Part shown: positions 47,001-55,969 of the stretch, piece by piece
How the letters are laid out: each line of letters begins with the position of its first letter
How positions within the stretch are numbered: the stretch's first letter is position 1
From: Candidatus Omnitrophota bacterium
Lineage (GTDB): Bacteria > Omnitrophota > Gorgyraeia > Gygaellales > Profunditerraquicolaceae
DNA: 64,000 nt
Direction of reading: 5' to 3'
Assembly (NCBI GenBank): GCA_018812825.1
Contig: JAHJCJ010000067.1
Location: forward strand, 383-64,382
Program-made: the position numbers and the translations under genes
Notes under the pieces: generated by a model
What the model was told of the DNA's origin: nothing
Database searches by the model: none
Seen by the model: the letters and a program-made list of their open reading frames with translations, nothing else

Positions 47001-47911
47001 TGGCCATAGAGAAGCAGAAGCTTATTTTAATAAGCGGCGTAGTTCTAGGCGTGGTAGCAATTCTGATGACTAAAATGTATCTGGATCAACAACAGCAAGT
47101 GGCTCAGGCGCAGGCAAAAAAAACGCTTGCTAAAATGCAGACCAACCAGACTGTAGTTTTAGTAGCTAAACAGGATATCCCTAGCGGTTCAGTTATTGAA
47201 TCCCGTATGATTGATAGTTCAATTGTTCCCAACCAATTTATTCAACCCCAGGCAGTTACTTCTATAGATAGGGTTTTAGGAATGGTTAGCCTGGCTCTAA
47301 TCTCTAAGGGTGAGCAGATAACTCTTTCTAAGCTTTCTAAATCCCGGAAAGAAGACGGCGGAAGCCTGGCAGGGAATACTCCGGCGGGTAAAAGAGCAAT
47401 CTCTATTGCTGTAGATAGTATTGCTTCTGTATCTGGGATGGTCAGGCCAGGAGATTATGTTGATGTGATTGCTACATTGCAAGTCCCTGCGCAAGGGCCG
47501 GATGGGCAGGTATCAACTCAAATGGCCGTGGTTCCTTTGTTCCAGAATGTTTTAGTTTTGGCAGTAGGCCAGGATACTGGTTTTGTTGGTAGGGCAGAAA
47601 GTCGATATGGGGAAAAAGGAGCTTCTTCTGGAGGGTTAATTACTCTGGCTATAGGGCCTCAAGAGGCAAATCTTATTGCTTTTGTACAAGAACAGGGTAA
47701 AATGCGCCTGACTCTGCGTTCTCCGGCGGATGCCAATGTTGAACCAGTGGTTCCAGCCAGCTGGGAAACCTTATTCCAATATATTATGCCTCAACAGAAA
47801 AGCGTTGAGGAAAGCATTGAGGTTAAAGAAGTTCCGGTAGTTGATGCTACTGCTGAGTACGTAGAAGTTTTTCGCGGGCTAAACAAGGAAAAAGTCTCTC
47901 TTTCAAAATAA
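47000..47911 (+). CDS. cpaB: Flp pilus assembly protein CpaB/RcpC
   Basis: N-terminal TM anchor; SAF-like 'VLVAKQDIPSGSVIESRMI' and the typical CpaB C-terminal beta domain; immediately upstream of the secretin. Confidence 0.7.
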   Translation: MAIEKQKLILISGVVLGVVAILMTKMYLDQQQQVAQAQAKKTLAKMQTNQTVVLVAKQDIPSGSVIESRMIDSSIVPNQFIQPQAVTSIDRVLGMVSLALISKGEQITLSKLSKSRKEDGGSLAGNTPAGKRAISIAVDSIASVSGMVRPGDYVDVIATLQVPAQGPDGQVSTQMAVVPLFQNVLVLAVGQDTGFVGRAESRYGEKGASSGGLITLAIGPQEANLIAFVQEQGKMRLTLRSPADANVEPVVPASWETLFQYIMPQQKSVEESIEVKEVPVVDATAEYVEVFRGLNKEKVSLSK

Positions 47912-47921
47912 AAGGAGAAAA

Positions 47922-49511
47922 ATGAGAAAGTTATTTTTTGGCCTATTCTTTATTGCTAGCTTTATAACCTTTCTGCCTTTTAAGGGATATCTTGCAGATG
48001 ATATCGAAGAAGAGATAAAGATCTATATGGGGCAGACTAAAGTTATTTCTGTGAGTACGCCAAAGAGAGTGGCTGTTGGAAATCCTGCGATTGCCGATGT
48101 AGCTAATATTGGCAAAAGCGAACTTACGGTCGTCCCCAAGGCAGTAGGTAATACCACGCTTATTGTTTGGGATAATTTTGGCGAGCAGGCTTATCGTTTA
48201 AGGGTGTTTGCGGAAGATACTGCCGATCTCAAGCGTCGCATAGACCATATGTTAAAGAAATTAAATTTACCAAATGTTTATACTAGCGCAGAAGATGAGG
48301 AAGGAAAAGTTGCGCTTTTAGGCACGGTTAAGCATGCTGCCGATAGAGAAATAATTGCTACCGCCTTAGGAGCGCTTAAAGGTAAAACCGTTGATTTAAT
48401 AGTAGTAAAAGAAGAGGAATCAGTTATAGAGATTGATGTTCAGGTGATTGAAATTAATAGAGGGTCTCAGGATACACTTGGTTTTACCTGGCCAAGTTCA
48501 ATGACCTTAACCGAAGTTGGTTCTCCTGGTATTGCCGGGACAGCTTGGGGTAAAGTATTTCATGTCGTTAATGAATCCCGTGCAGCCTTTACTTTAAAGC
48601 TGGATGCTTTAATAAAGGAAGGTAAAGCGCGCATTCTCTCTCGGCCAAGGGTTTCTTGCCAGAGTGGTAAAGAAGCTAAGCTTCTTGTTGGAGGAGAGGT
48701 TCCTGTTTTAAGCGGTTCAGTTACCCCGGGTACGAGTGGTGAAACCTCAGTTGGCGCAACTACCGGAGCTTCAGTAGAATATAAAGAGTATGGGATTATT
48801 TTAAATGTTAAGCCTTCGATTGAGGATTCAGGGCGTATTCATCTTAATCTTGACGTATCCGTTAGTGAGGTAGGGGATGTGGTGAGTACTTCTTATGCCC
48901 TTGCATATAAAATGACTAAACGTACAGCTACAACCGAGCTTTTTCTCGATGATGGCCAGACTATGGCTATTGGAGGTTTAATTAAGAAAAAGTCTTCCGA
49001 GGAGTTAACAAGGGTTCCTTGGCTTTCGGATATTCCGGTGTTGGGTTTATTCTTTAGGCAGAGAACTACTTCTCGGGGTTGGAATTCCGATCTTAGCAAG
49101 GCCGATGATACAGAATTATTTATTACTCTTACTCCGCGCGTAATTACTCAAAAGGAGCCGTTGAGAGAATTAAAACCATCAATTTCCGGCACGCCTACGC
49201 TTAACGATGACGATATAAAGGATCCTGTTGTAAGGTACGCTAAAATTATTCAAAGGAAGATTCTCGATAGCCTTACTTATCCTATAGCGGCTAAAGAAGC
49301 AGGTTTTCAGGGTAAGGTAAAATTAAGCCTCAAGCTTTCTGCGCAGGGAGACCTGCTGAATTCAAAAGTAAAGGAACCTTCCAGTTATCGTTTGCTCGAC
49401 GAGAACGCAATAAGGACAGCGCAGAAGATTGTCCCATATCCTCCGTTTCCTCCTGCAATAAAAGAAGCTCAGCTTTGGGTAGATGTCCCTATAATATATC
49501 AATTAGAATAA
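47922..49511 (+). CDS. cpaC: Tad secretin CpaC/RcpA with a fused C-terminal TonB_C domain
   Basis: CpaC N-terminal pilus-formation domain, secretin core ('GGEVPVLSG...EYKEYGIILNVKPSI...MAIGGLIKKK'), then 'YAKIIQRKILDSLTYPIAAKEAGFQGKVKLSLKLSAQGDLLNSKVKEPSSYRLLDENAIRTAQKIVPYPPFPP', which matches the TonB C-terminal domain. Confidence 0.75.
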   Translation: MRKLFFGLFFIASFITFLPFKGYLADDIEEEIKIYMGQTKVISVSTPKRVAVGNPAIADVANIGKSELTVVPKAVGNTTLIVWDNFGEQAYRLRVFAEDTADLKRRIDHMLKKLNLPNVYTSAEDEEGKVALLGTVKHAADREIIATALGALKGKTVDLIVVKEEESVIEIDVQVIEINRGSQDTLGFTWPSSMTLTEVGSPGIAGTAWGKVFHVVNESRAAFTLKLDALIKEGKARILSRPRVSCQSGKEAKLLVGGEVPVLSGSVTPGTSGETSVGATTGASVEYKEYGIILNVKPSIEDSGRIHLNLDVSVSEVGDVVSTSYALAYKMTKRTATTELFLDDGQTMAIGGLIKKKSSEELTRVPWLSDIPVLGLFFRQRTTSRGWNSDLSKADDTELFITLTPRVITQKEPLRELKPSISGTPTLNDDDIKDPVVRYAKIIQRKILDSLTYPIAAKEAGFQGKVKLSLKLSAQGDLLNSKVKEPSSYRLLDENAIRTAQKIVPYPPFPPAIKEAQLWVDVPIIYQLE

Positions 49512-49512
49512 A

Positions 49513-51672
49513 ATGGCTAAGGTAATAACTATTTTTAGCACTAAAGGCGGCGTAGGCAAGAGTTTAATTGCTGTTAATTTAGCCGTGACTCTGGGTAAAG
49601 AAGGCCAGAAGATTTGTGCGATAGATTTGGATACACAGGTAGTCGGGGATATGGCGCGTATGTTTGGCATCAGTCCCCAGAAGTGCGTGGCGGATTTAAT
49701 GAATTTTCTCAAAAAACAGCCGCAGTTAACCAGGAAAACAGATTTTGTTATTAAGACCAATTTTACCGGCGTAGATTTCTTAGCCGGTGTATTAAAACCG
49801 CAGCAATCCGGCTATCTTTATCCGGATAAGCTTCTAGAGGTATTGAATCTTTTTGATAAAGATTATGATTATATTATTGTGGATGCAGGCAAAAGCTTCA
49901 GCGATATATTTCTTGCTGCATTAAACCTGGCCAATCTGATTCTTTTGGTGGTTACTCCTGATGTGCTCTCCATATATCAGACAAAATGGGCGTTAGATAC
50001 CTTACAGTTTCTGCATTTTCCTTTAAGCATGATTAAACTTGTGCTTAATCGGGCGGAATCAACTGCAAGTATAAGCTGGCAGGAAATTCGTGTTAGCCTT
50101 CCGGTAGATATTATTGAAAAGGTTCCTTCTGAGGGCAAGTTAGTTAATCAGGCGGTTAATCAGGGCGTGCCTATGGTCATTGATTCTCCGCGTTCAAAGA
50201 TCGCCTTAGCTGTTACTAGGCTTGCGCATACGCTTGTTGAAGACAAAGGCCTGTTTATAGAAAGAAGAAACCTTGATCAGATTAAGGTTAAAGAGTTAAC
50301 GCAAGAGAGATCCGGTCAGTTTTGGGTAGGCCAAGGTTTACAAGAATCGGTGATTGAGCCTGATGTTGCCGAAGATAGAGATGAGATTCTGATCCTTAAA
50401 CGCAGGATACATACTCGTTTGATCGAAGGCATGAATATTAAAAGATTAGATCTTAAGGTATTCAGCGATCATAGGAAAACCAAAGATTTAAGAGATAAAG
50501 CAGAGTTAACCGTGTCAAATCTTTTAGTTGAAGAAGCAGGGAGCTTTATTCCTTCTCAAGAAATAAGGCAGAAGCTTATCAAGGAAATATTGGATGAGGC
50601 CTTGGGGCTGGGCGCCTTAGAGGACCTTTTAGCTGATCCAGACATTACCGATATTATGGTAAACAACAAGAATGAAATCTTTGTTGAGCGTTTTGGCAAG
50701 ATAGAAATAACTAGTAAGAAATTTATCTCTAATGAGCAGGTTAGGACGATTATTGAACGCATTATCGCTCCCATAGGGAGGCGTATTGATGAATCAGTGC
50801 CTATGGTTGATGCGCGCCTTGCTGATGGCTCGCGCGTAAATGCGATTATCTCTCCGCTTTCTTTAACCGGGCCGACGCTTACAATTAGGAAATTCCGTAA
50901 GGAAAGGTATAAAGCGGCTGACCTGGTGAACTTAGGAGCGCTTACCCAGGAGATGACGGATTTTATTAAGGCTTGTGTTTTTTGCCGTAAGAATATGATT
51001 GTTTCCGGTGGTACCGGCTCGGGAAAAACCACGGTGCTTAATGCCCTTTCAGAATATATCCCTGATGATGAGCGTATTGTTACCCTGGAGGATGCGGCGG
51101 AGTTAAAATTAAACCAGCAGCACTGGGTCAGGCTTGAGTCTCGCCCGCCGAATATAGAAGGCAAGGGCGCTATTACTATAAGGGACCTTTTCCGCAATAC
51201 CCTGCGTATGCGGCCGGATAGGATTATCGTCGGTGAATGCCGCGGGACAGAGTCTTTGGATATGCTTCAGGCAATGAACACCGGACATGATGGCTCAATG
51301 ACGACAATCCACGCTAACTCCACCTTTGATGTATTGTCGCGGTTGGATTCAATGATTCTTATGTCTGGGATAGAATTGCCTGTAAGGGTTATCCGTGAAA
51401 TGATTGCTTCTGCTGTGGATATAATCATTCATACCGCTAGGCTTTCCGATGGATCGCGTAAGGTTACGGCTATTTCTGAGATTTCCGGGATGAAAGATGA
51501 GTTGCATATTAACTTAAATGATGTATTTGTTTTTAAACAGAGCGGAGTAGATGCTAAAGGAAAAGTCATCGGGTATTTTACCCCCACTGGCTATCTACCT
51601 TCTTTTCTTGATGAAATCCGGATTCGTGGTGTTCAAATCTCCGAAGACATTTTTAAACCTACCCATCCCTAA
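49513..51672 (+). CDS. cpaF: Fusion of CpaE/TadZ-like ParA/MinD-type ATPase (N) and CpaF/TadA secretion ATPase (C)
   Basis: N-terminal 'IFSTKGGVGKSLIAVNLA' deviant Walker A (CpaE-like), C-terminal 'MIVSGGTGSGKTTVLNAL', 'RIVTLEDAAEL', 'RPDRIIVGECRG' (TadA/VirB11-type ATPase). Confidence 0.75.
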   Translation: MAKVITIFSTKGGVGKSLIAVNLAVTLGKEGQKICAIDLDTQVVGDMARMFGISPQKCVADLMNFLKKQPQLTRKTDFVIKTNFTGVDFLAGVLKPQQSGYLYPDKLLEVLNLFDKDYDYIIVDAGKSFSDIFLAALNLANLILLVVTPDVLSIYQTKWALDTLQFLHFPLSMIKLVLNRAESTASISWQEIRVSLPVDIIEKVPSEGKLVNQAVNQGVPMVIDSPRSKIALAVTRLAHTLVEDKGLFIERRNLDQIKVKELTQERSGQFWVGQGLQESVIEPDVAEDRDEILILKRRIHTRLIEGMNIKRLDLKVFSDHRKTKDLRDKAELTVSNLLVEEAGSFIPSQEIRQKLIKEILDEALGLGALEDLLADPDITDIMVNNKNEIFVERFGKIEITSKKFISNEQVRTIIERIIAPIGRRIDESVPMVDARLADGSRVNAIISPLSLTGPTLTIRKFRKERYKAADLVNLGALTQEMTDFIKACVFCRKNMIVSGGTGSGKTTVLNALSEYIPDDERIVTLEDAAELKLNQQHWVRLESRPPNIEGKGAITIRDLFRNTLRMRPDRIIVGECRGTESLDMLQAMNTGHDGSMTTIHANSTFDVLSRLDSMILMSGIELPVRVIREMIASAVDIIIHTARLSDGSRKVTAISEISGMKDELHINLNDVFVFKQSGVDAKGKVIGYFTPTGYLPSFLDEIRIRGVQISEDIFKPTHP

Positions 51673-51676
51673 AGCA

Positions 51677-51693
51677 GGGTCAGGCACTGACCC
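51677..51693 (+). repeat. REP-like perfect hairpin GGGTCAG-GCA-CTGACCC
   Basis: Perfect 7-bp stem/3-nt loop; copies at 52063-52076 (same orientation, imperfect) and 52681-52697 (inverted) flank the RAYT gene. Confidence 0.6.
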
Positions 51694-51714
51694 AATCTTA
51701 AGGGTGTCCCCAAT

Positions 51715-52062
51715 ATGAAGATAAAAATAATTAATCTAACCAAGAATCAAGTTTTGGCCGAGGATGTTTTATTGTCAACCAGTTTCTTAAAGAGGCTAAA
51801 AGGGTTATTAGGTTATGAATCTTTTGAAGAAAATCATGCAATGATACTGCGGCCTGCTAATTCCGTGCACACTTTCTTTATGCGTTTTCCGATTGACGTG
51901 CTGTTTGTTGATAGGAATAATATAGTGGTAAAAGCGGTTAGTAATATGGGGCCTTTTAAAATTACCAGAATTTATTTTAAATCCGCTTTTGTTATTGAGT
52001 TGCACGCCGGAATGCTCAACGCAACTCAAACTGCAGAAGGTGACTACTTGCAAATCCAGTAA
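51715..52062 (+). CDS. DUF192-family protein
   Basis: 'EENHAMILRPANSVHTFFMRFPIDVLFVDRNNIVV' matches the DUF192/COG1430 pattern; small, in the Tad locus. Confidence 0.5.
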   Translation: MKIKIINLTKNQVLAEDVLLSTSFLKRLKGLLGYESFEENHAMILRPANSVHTFFMRFPIDVLFVDRNNIVVKAVSNMGPFKITRIYFKSAFVIELHAGMLNATQTAEGDYLQIQ

Positions 52063-52076
52063 GGGTCAGGCACTGA
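52063..52076 (+). repeat. REP-like element copy 2 (imperfect)
   Basis: 'gggtcaggcactga', same orientation as 51677. Confidence 0.45.
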
Positions 52077-52099
52077 TTCAACCGTAATAGTATCCTTAT

Positions 52100-52597
52100 C
52101 TATCGCTCGAATACATCAAATTGATTTATCAGATGGTCTTGTTTTATCCCGAATCTGCTGTTCCAACTGCACCAACGGTATTCCGCAGGTGATTTTACTA
52201 AATTTGCTCTTGCCGGATTAAATTCTACGTAGGTGATGCAATCTAAAAGGTATTTATCTTCTTGTACCAGCATGTCTTTGTATCTTCCTTGCCATAGGTG
52301 ACCCGCCTTATTATATTTTTCATTAAACCAAATTGTGTATGTTTGATTTAATCCTTGCATAATTTTTTGCAAGTCTTTTCCCAGAAGTACTTTTATTATT
52401 AGATGAATATGATTTGGCATTAAACAATAGCCGTATAATTCAAACCGATATTTATGTTTATAGTGCTTAAGCAAATCTAAATATCTTAGAAAATCGCATT
52501 CATCGATAAAAGTTATTTGTTTTTGATTTCCTCTAGCTATGACATGGTGTATCGAATTATCTATGATCAACCTACTCGGTCTTGGCATATTTATCAC
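52100..52597 (-). mobile_element. IS200/IS605-like Y1 (HUH) transposase of the REP-associated (RAYT) type
   Basis: 'HHVIARGN', HUH motif 'CLMPNHIHLII', 'WQGRYKDMLV' and 'YVEFNPARANLV' are typical of TnpA(REP)/IS200 transposases; flanked by inverted REP-like hairpins. Confidence 0.75.
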
Positions 52598-52680
52598 CTC
52601 CTATTATTAATTGACGTAAAACAGGCTGAAATCTAACAAAGAGTTTGCAAAGGGACACCTTTAGCCCTTAGGTTAAAGAC

Positions 52681-52697
52681 GACCCTCGATTGGGTTA
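52681..52697 (-). repeat. REP-like element copy 3 (inverted orientation, upstream of the RAYT start)
   Basis: 'gggttagtgcctgaccc'; its reverse complement matches the 51675-51698 copy at 22 of 24 positions. Confidence 0.5.
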
Positions 52698-52779
52698 GTG
52701 CCTGACCCTGGTTTGGGGTTGACAAAGATTGGAATATGCGCTATATATTAGGTAAGTAAATGTCCAATCTGGAGGTTCT

Positions 52780-54984
52780 GTGGGCGTAGTGCATAAATTA
52801 AAACCAGAAGTAATTAAGTTTATCCTCGATAATAAACAAGCTACCCCGCATTTAAGTTGCCGTAGCCTAACTGTTTTGTTGCTGGAAAAACTTCAAGTTG
52901 AAGTCTCTAAATCAAGTATAAATGCCATTCTTAAGCAAAACAACCTAAGCATGCCTGTGGGGAGGCGCCAGAAGCCAAAGAAAAAGAAGTTTAATATGCC
53001 TATTCTGCCGGTTATTGAAAGCATTAAAACTATTACGCCAGAGGAAGAGCTGCAAAATCCCGTTTTGAAAGACGAGCCCAACATTCAAGAAAAGTCCAAG
53101 CATGAAATTATTGAAGAACAGGGTGTCGAAAAGATTAACTTAGAAGAGAAACGTATCCAGGAGGCAGAGGGTTGGGCAGAAAAATTATTGGAAAAGGAAC
53201 GCGATCGGCTTGAGCAGGAAAGGTTGGCCCGGGAGGAGCAGGAAAAAAAAGCCGAAAAGGATACAATTAGAGAGGATTTGCTGAGGTTGCAGAAATTGCA
53301 AGAGGAGGAAGATGCCAGAAATAAAGAGTTAGCCAGGCTTAAGTTGGAGGAAGAGGCCAGGTTTATAGAAGAACAGGAAAGGCTGGCTCAGGAAGAGGCG
53401 TTGCATAAAGTTGAAGAGGAAAGGATAAAAGAAGAACAGCTGAGGTTGCAAAAATTGCAAGAGGAGCAATCCGCTAAACAGAAAGAGGCAGACAGGGTTA
53501 AACTTGAAGAAGAAACCAGGTTAAAGGAGGAGCAAGAAAAACTGGCTAGGGAGGTGGAATTAAAGGCGGAGCATGAGCGTTGGGCGCGATTATCCGAGGA
53601 AGAGAGCAAAAGAAAAGAAGCGCTTATGGCTTCTCAGGCTATCAAGGAAGAGGCTAAGATCGAGCCTAGCTCCGGGTCGTCGCTGCCAAGGGGGTGCACA
53701 GGAGCAGTCTTATTAAAAGCAATTGATCAGTTAATAGGGGGGAGCATTCAATTAAGCGAAGCTATTCAGAGAAGGTTAGGTTACCCGAAAGAAGAGGTGG
53801 AGGCCCTAACTCAGACTTTAATATTCCAGGATATTGTCGGTAATGAGCCGGGTGCCTTGAGTTCTATAATGCGCAATGAAATAAGCGCAGATAAGTTGTC
53901 GGGTTATTTTACTCAACTTCAAGAGCTAAAAACTATGAAGCTTGATTTATCGCGCCTTTCGGCAAATATATTTACTGAAAGCCGGGGGATTAAAATGCAT
54001 TTTATCGATGGAAGCATAGTTTATCTTGACGCCCAAATGCATACGGTGTGGCCTACTCCTTATATGCCTCATGACTTTTCCGCGACAGTAATGAGCGTAA
54101 AGGATTGTATAAACCGGTATTTCTTTAAAGATGGTAATCTCGTTTTATTTATGGCACCCGGATACGATATCCCCACAAAAGAATTCTTTACGTTGCTGCT
54201 TAATTTTAATTCAAAACATGAAACCGCAGACAACCTTATTTTATATGGCAATAAACTTGATGAGTTAGAGAATATCGTTTTAAACCCTGAAGATAACCAT
54301 AATCTTATATTTGCTTTATGGCCTTGGCAATTTACCGCTTACCGGAAGGTAAAAAGAATTGGCGAATTCAGTGCGCAGCGTATTGATTGTATGAACAAGG
54401 ATTTTTATTTGGCAGAGGTCGAAATTGAGCTGGTACAGCCGACGAGCATGCAGTCATTCTCGCTAAAAGGCTGTGCTATTAAATTAAGTTTAGCGGAAAA
54501 AATACGGCTGGTAATTTTAGGTACTGATGAGGCTAGGAGCCTGGTTTCCCTGGCCAATGATTATCTTTGCCGCTGGCCTAACCTTGATGAAGGCCTTCAT
54601 GATTTTAACCGTAAAATTGAATTGTTCAGCTGTACCGGAGAATCGCAGCAAGTTTTTAACTATGAAGACCTGCCTATCAATAAAAGCGAGCCCGTTGATT
54701 TAAAATCTGTTTTTTCAGGCTACTCTGAGGCTTTAGACGCCTACCTTAGATGGCATTTTATGCCGTCTGGGTATGAGAAAATAGAGTTTAGCCTTACCAA
54801 AGCACGTTTTTACAGCCAGAAGGCGCAATTAAAGCAAGATAAAGACAAGATACTCTATTTTTTTACCGTTGCTCATGATTATGCTTATGCAAAAGACCTG
54901 GAATATATCTGCCGCAGGCTTAATGAAAGGGATATCCGCGTTGATGATGGGCAAAGAATTTGTTTTGAAAGCGGTTTCAAATAA
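52780..54984 (+). CDS. 734-aa protein: N-terminal HTH (transposase/Psq-like), long Glu/Lys/Arg-rich coiled coil with a tandem ~54-aa repeat, and an uncharacterised C-terminal domain
   Basis: 'KLKPEVIKFILDNKQATPHLSCRSLTVLLLEKLQVEVSKSSINAIL' is HTH-like; 'LRLQKLQEEEDARNKELARLKLEEEARFIEEQERLAQEE' is repeated as 'LRLQKLQEEQSAKQKEADRVKLEEETRLKEEQEKLAREV'. Confidence 0.35.
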   Translation: MGVVHKLKPEVIKFILDNKQATPHLSCRSLTVLLLEKLQVEVSKSSINAILKQNNLSMPVGRRQKPKKKKFNMPILPVIESIKTITPEEELQNPVLKDEPNIQEKSKHEIIEEQGVEKINLEEKRIQEAEGWAEKLLEKERDRLEQERLAREEQEKKAEKDTIREDLLRLQKLQEEEDARNKELARLKLEEEARFIEEQERLAQEEALHKVEEERIKEEQLRLQKLQEEQSAKQKEADRVKLEEETRLKEEQEKLAREVELKAEHERWARLSEEESKRKEALMASQAIKEEAKIEPSSGSSLPRGCTGAVLLKAIDQLIGGSIQLSEAIQRRLGYPKEEVEALTQTLIFQDIVGNEPGALSSIMRNEISADKLSGYFTQLQELKTMKLDLSRLSANIFTESRGIKMHFIDGSIVYLDAQMHTVWPTPYMPHDFSATVMSVKDCINRYFFKDGNLVLFMAPGYDIPTKEFFTLLLNFNSKHETADNLILYGNKLDELENIVLNPEDNHNLIFALWPWQFTAYRKVKRIGEFSAQRIDCMNKDFYLAEVEIELVQPTSMQSFSLKGCAIKLSLAEKIRLVILGTDEARSLVSLANDYLCRWPNLDEGLHDFNRKIELFSCTGESQQVFNYEDLPINKSEPVDLKSVFSGYSEALDAYLRWHFMPSGYEKIEFSLTKARFYSQKAQLKQDKDKILYFFTVAHDYAYAKDLEYICRRLNERDIRVDDGQRICFESGFK

Positions 54985-55078
54985 GCCCTAAATTAGCTTG
55001 ATTAGCCTATTTTATAATGTTATATTTAAGTGTAATTATTATAAGAGAAGACGTATCCTGTAGACGGAGAGAAATGGC

Positions 55079-55240
55079 ATGCATACGCCACGGATGCATA
55101 AAGAATTTACCGGCGGACAAAGCCTCGTTGAATATATTGTATTATTCGCCATAGTAGTTATGGTTTCAGTGGCCCTTGCGCAAAGGGCTCCTTCTATTTT
55201 TAGCGGTTATGTTTCCACAGCCACGGGGGCAATGCGATGA
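55079..55240 (+). CDS. Flp-family pilin (53 aa)
   Basis: RBS GGAGAG; 'GGQSLVEYIVLFAIVVMVSV' is the Flp G/xxxxEY processing motif plus a hydrophobic helix; not in the ORF track (<60 aa). Confidence 0.6.
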   Translation: MHTPRMHKEFTGGQSLVEYIVLFAIVVMVSVALAQRAPSIFSGYVSTATGAMR

Positions 55241-55398
55241 AGGGGTTAAGGTTTATAAAAGCTCAAAGCACAGTTGAATATACTATGCTTATAATTATCG
55301 TCGCTGCGGCGTTGGCGGCGATGACAGTATATATAACGCGTTCAATGAACGCTCGCCTTAAACAGGCGCAGGATGAGTTAAATTATTACCGGCCGTAA
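55237..55398 (+). CDS. Flp-family pilin (53 aa)
   Basis: 'KAQSTVEYTMLIIIVAAALAAM'; start overlaps the previous stop (ATGA). Confidence 0.6.
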   Translation: MKGLRFIKAQSTVEYTMLIIIVAAALAAMTVYITRSMNARLKQAQDELNYYRP

Positions 55399-55418
55399 TA
55401 AATTTAGGAGGTGAAAAG

Positions 55419-55586
55419 ATGAAGAGGTTTAGCAAGGCTCAAAGTACGCTGGAGTATGTGATTATTCTAGCAGCTGTGGTTGGCGCTATTATCGCTGTTG
55501 CTGCGGCATTGAAACCAAAGCTGGAGGGCGGTTATGATACGCTGGGCACTACGATGAAGGATAAAGTGGAATCAGTAAGTTTTTAA
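55419..55586 (+). CDS. Flp-family pilin (55 aa)
   Basis: RBS 'aggaggtga'; 'KAQSTLEYVIILAAVVGAIIAVAAA'. Confidence 0.65.
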   Translation: MKRFSKAQSTLEYVIILAAVVGAIIAVAAALKPKLEGGYDTLGTTMKDKVESVSF

Positions 55587-55599
55587 GGAGGTGAAGAGA

Positions 55600-55926
55600 A
55601 TGTTAAGGATATTAAGAAAGGGCCAGAGTACGGCAGAGTACGCCATTGTTATCGGTTTAGTTATTGCCGCGGCTGTTGCTATGCAGATTTATGTAAAGCG
55701 TAGTTTGCAAGGTAAGGTTAAAGATGCGGTGGACTATAATGATCCTGCGGCAAGCGGTATTTTAGGTACAACCACGCAGTATGAGCCTTATTACTCTACT
55801 TCAGCCATGAATGCTACTCGTTCATCTACTGATACGGAAGATACCGCAACCGGTGGTTCGGTCGCCAGGACTACTGTAGATTCTTCATCTAGGACCGGTA
55901 CTCAAAATATTTTAGCAGTGCAGTAG
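55600..55926 (+). CDS. Flp-family pilin with a Thr/Ser-rich C-terminal extension (108 aa)
   Basis: RBS 'aaggaggtgaagaga' then ATG; 'KGQSTAEYAIVIGLVIAAAVAM'; C-terminus rich in T/S. Confidence 0.65.
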   Translation: MLRILRKGQSTAEYAIVIGLVIAAAVAMQIYVKRSLQGKVKDAVDYNDPAASGILGTTTQYEPYYSTSAMNATRSSTDTEDTATGGSVARTTVDSSSRTGTQNILAVQ

Positions 55927-55969
55927 TATCAATAATTATTTTGAAGAAATTTTTAAGGAGGTGAAAGAA

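Noticed and set aside
50556-51197. 213-aa minus-strand ORF inside cpaE/cpaF (and similar antisense ORFs at 14343-14672, 10925-11257, 16395-16730, 35702-35986, 37803-38129, 14747-15223)
   Set aside because: They are fully embedded antisense to well-supported genes with strong motif evidence. They are low-complexity or Ser/Leu-rich translations with no RBS, typical of spurious shadow ORFs.
55591-55961. Track start codons GTG at 55591 and 55961 for two pilin genes
   Set aside because: ATG codons 9 nt downstream (55600, 55970) have ideal spacing to 'AAGGAGGTGA' RBSs and give canonical Flp leaders. The GTGs are part of the Shine-Dalgarno region.
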